A DNA stretch of 64,000 nucleotides from Patescibacteria group bacterium (lineage in GTDB: Bacteria; Patescibacteriota; UBA1384; JACPKC01), in NCBI GenBank assembly GCA_050944875.1, contig JBMNRW010000002.1:1009-65008 (forward strand), written 5' to 3'. The notes under the pieces were generated by a model. The model searched no databases and was not told the origin of the DNA. It saw only the letters and a list, made by a program, of their open reading frames with translations. A program made the translations under genes and the position numbers. This document shows positions 63,070 to 64,000 of the stretch, piece by piece; the first letter of the stretch is position 1, and every line of letters begins with the position of its first letter.

Positions 63070-64000
63070 CATACGAAATCCAGACTACGGTGCTCGTCGC
63101 TGGCGGTGATGCGCTCGGACGCTTGCCCGATGGCCGGGCGGTGTTCGTGGCCGGCGCGGCGCCGGGCGAAACCGTGCAAGTTCGGCTCGTGAAAGAGGAT
63201 GCGCGCTGGGCGCGCGGGGAGCTCCTGAGCGTTCTCGAGCCGTCGGTAGATCGAGTAGTACCGTCGCAGTCTGCATCACACCTTGGTGGCGCCACGTGGG
63301 CGCACGTCGCCTATCCGGCCCAGCTCGCGGCCAAGCAGGCGATCGTCGCAACTGCGCTCGAGCGGATCGGGAAGTTTGTCTCGCCAGCAGTCGCTCCGAT
63401 TGTCGCATCGCCTGAGCGGTGGGGGTACCGGAACCGCATCGAACTCACGTTCGGTGAGCAGGGCGGCGAACTCGTCCTAGGGACGCTCGCGCCAGGCTCA
63501 CAGACCGACGTGCAACCCGCGCTCGGTAGCGCGCTCTTCGGCGACGAGGTCGATGCGATCATCGCGAAGGTGCTCGCCTGGGCACGTGGCACTGGTCGGC
63601 GGGCCTGGCGACCACGGGCACTGGCCGGCGAGCTGCGGAGCATCATTGTCCGCCGGGGCATCCAGTCGCGCGACCGTCTCGTGCACCTGGTGACGACGTC
63701 AGCTGCGACGCCTGACCCTTCGCTCGCCGAGGCGCTTGCGGGTCTTGGGCTCACAGGTATTGTCTGGAGCGCGAACGACGCGAAGAACGCGGTCTCTGAG
63801 ATCCAGACGTCCGCCGTCCTCTTCGGCCGACCGACGATCACCGAGCAGCTCCTCGATTTCCCGCTCGTCTACCACGCGACGAGCTTCTTTCAGGCCAACG
63901 TCCACGCTGCCGAACTTCTCCTCGCCACACTCCGGGACGCTGTGCAGGCATCGGCTGAGCTCGTCGATCTGTACGCCGGCGTCGGCACGTTTGGCCTAGG
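63066..64000 (+). CDS. TRAM-domain 23S rRNA (uracil-C5)-methyltransferase RumA/RlmD-like, 5' partial (continues beyond window); lacks the Fe-S Cys cluster
   Basis: GTG start overlapping murI stop; TRAM-like N-terminus, WGYRNRIELTFG, YHATSFFQAN, DLYAGVGTFG motifs; no Cys where RumA has C..C..C. Confidence 0.7.
   Translation, partial: MTYEIQTTVLVAGGDALGRLPDGRAVFVAGAAPGETVQVRLVKEDARWARGELLSVLEPSVDRVVPSQSASHLGGATWAHVAYPAQLAAKQAIVATALERIGKFVSPAVAPIVASPERWGYRNRIELTFGEQGGELVLGTLAPGSQTDVQPALGSALFGDEVDAIIAKVLAWARGTGRRAWRPRALAGELRSIIVRRGIQSRDRLVHLVTTSAATPDPSLAEALAGLGLTGIVWSANDAKNAVSEIQTSAVLFGRPTITEQLLDFPLVYHATSFFQANVHAAELLLATLRDAVQASAELVDLYAGVGTFGL

Overview
A 64-kb chromosomal segment from a high-GC (about 65%) bacterium with a compact, reduced-style genome. 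Many adjacent genes overlap at start and stop (GTGA, ATGA, TAATG junctions), and several promoters use a TATACT -10 box. Most of the window is housekeeping: ligA, a gatC-gatA-[inserted gene]-gatB operon, htrA, prfA, rpmE-rpsB-tsf-pyrH-frr-rseP, proS, tpiA, gap, pgk, malic enzyme, tig-clpP, mutM, pepA, recO, alr, murI, and a partial RumA-like methyltransferase. The rRNA genes are all present but unlinked: 16S (29.2-30.7 kb), tRNA-Ile (34.7 kb), tRNA-Ala (35.6 kb) and 23S-5S (49.4-52.5 kb) appear to be separate transcription units, each with its own promoter-like and terminator-like elements. Protein-coding genes lie between them. Three genes, including a membrane-anchored Clp/Hsp100 ATPase, sit between 16S and tRNA-Ile. 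A low-GC island of roughly 10-11 kb (about 35-50% GC) lies between tRNA-Ala and 23S. It starts immediately 3' of tRNA-Ala and carries a Zn-ribbon protein, a membrane protein and a SAM-methyltransferase. It also carries a LuxI/N-acyl-amino-acid-synthase-like acyltransferase, a multi-TM sensor histidine kinase, a CheY-like response regulator, and the 5' half of a 2,545-aa giant surface protein. The giant gene contains two near-identical 843-bp tandem repeats and shifts abruptly to backbone GC in its 3' half. Several features together hint at a Patescibacteria/CPR-like or similarly reduced lineage, but this is an inference and not established here. Those features are a 16S 530-loop with 515F-site substitutions (one a compensatory pair), a GxxExxY protein inside the frr-rseP operon, a Cys-less RumA homologue, and many leaderless-looking starts. 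All coordinates for RNA and regulatory features are hand-derived and may be off by a few nucleotides.
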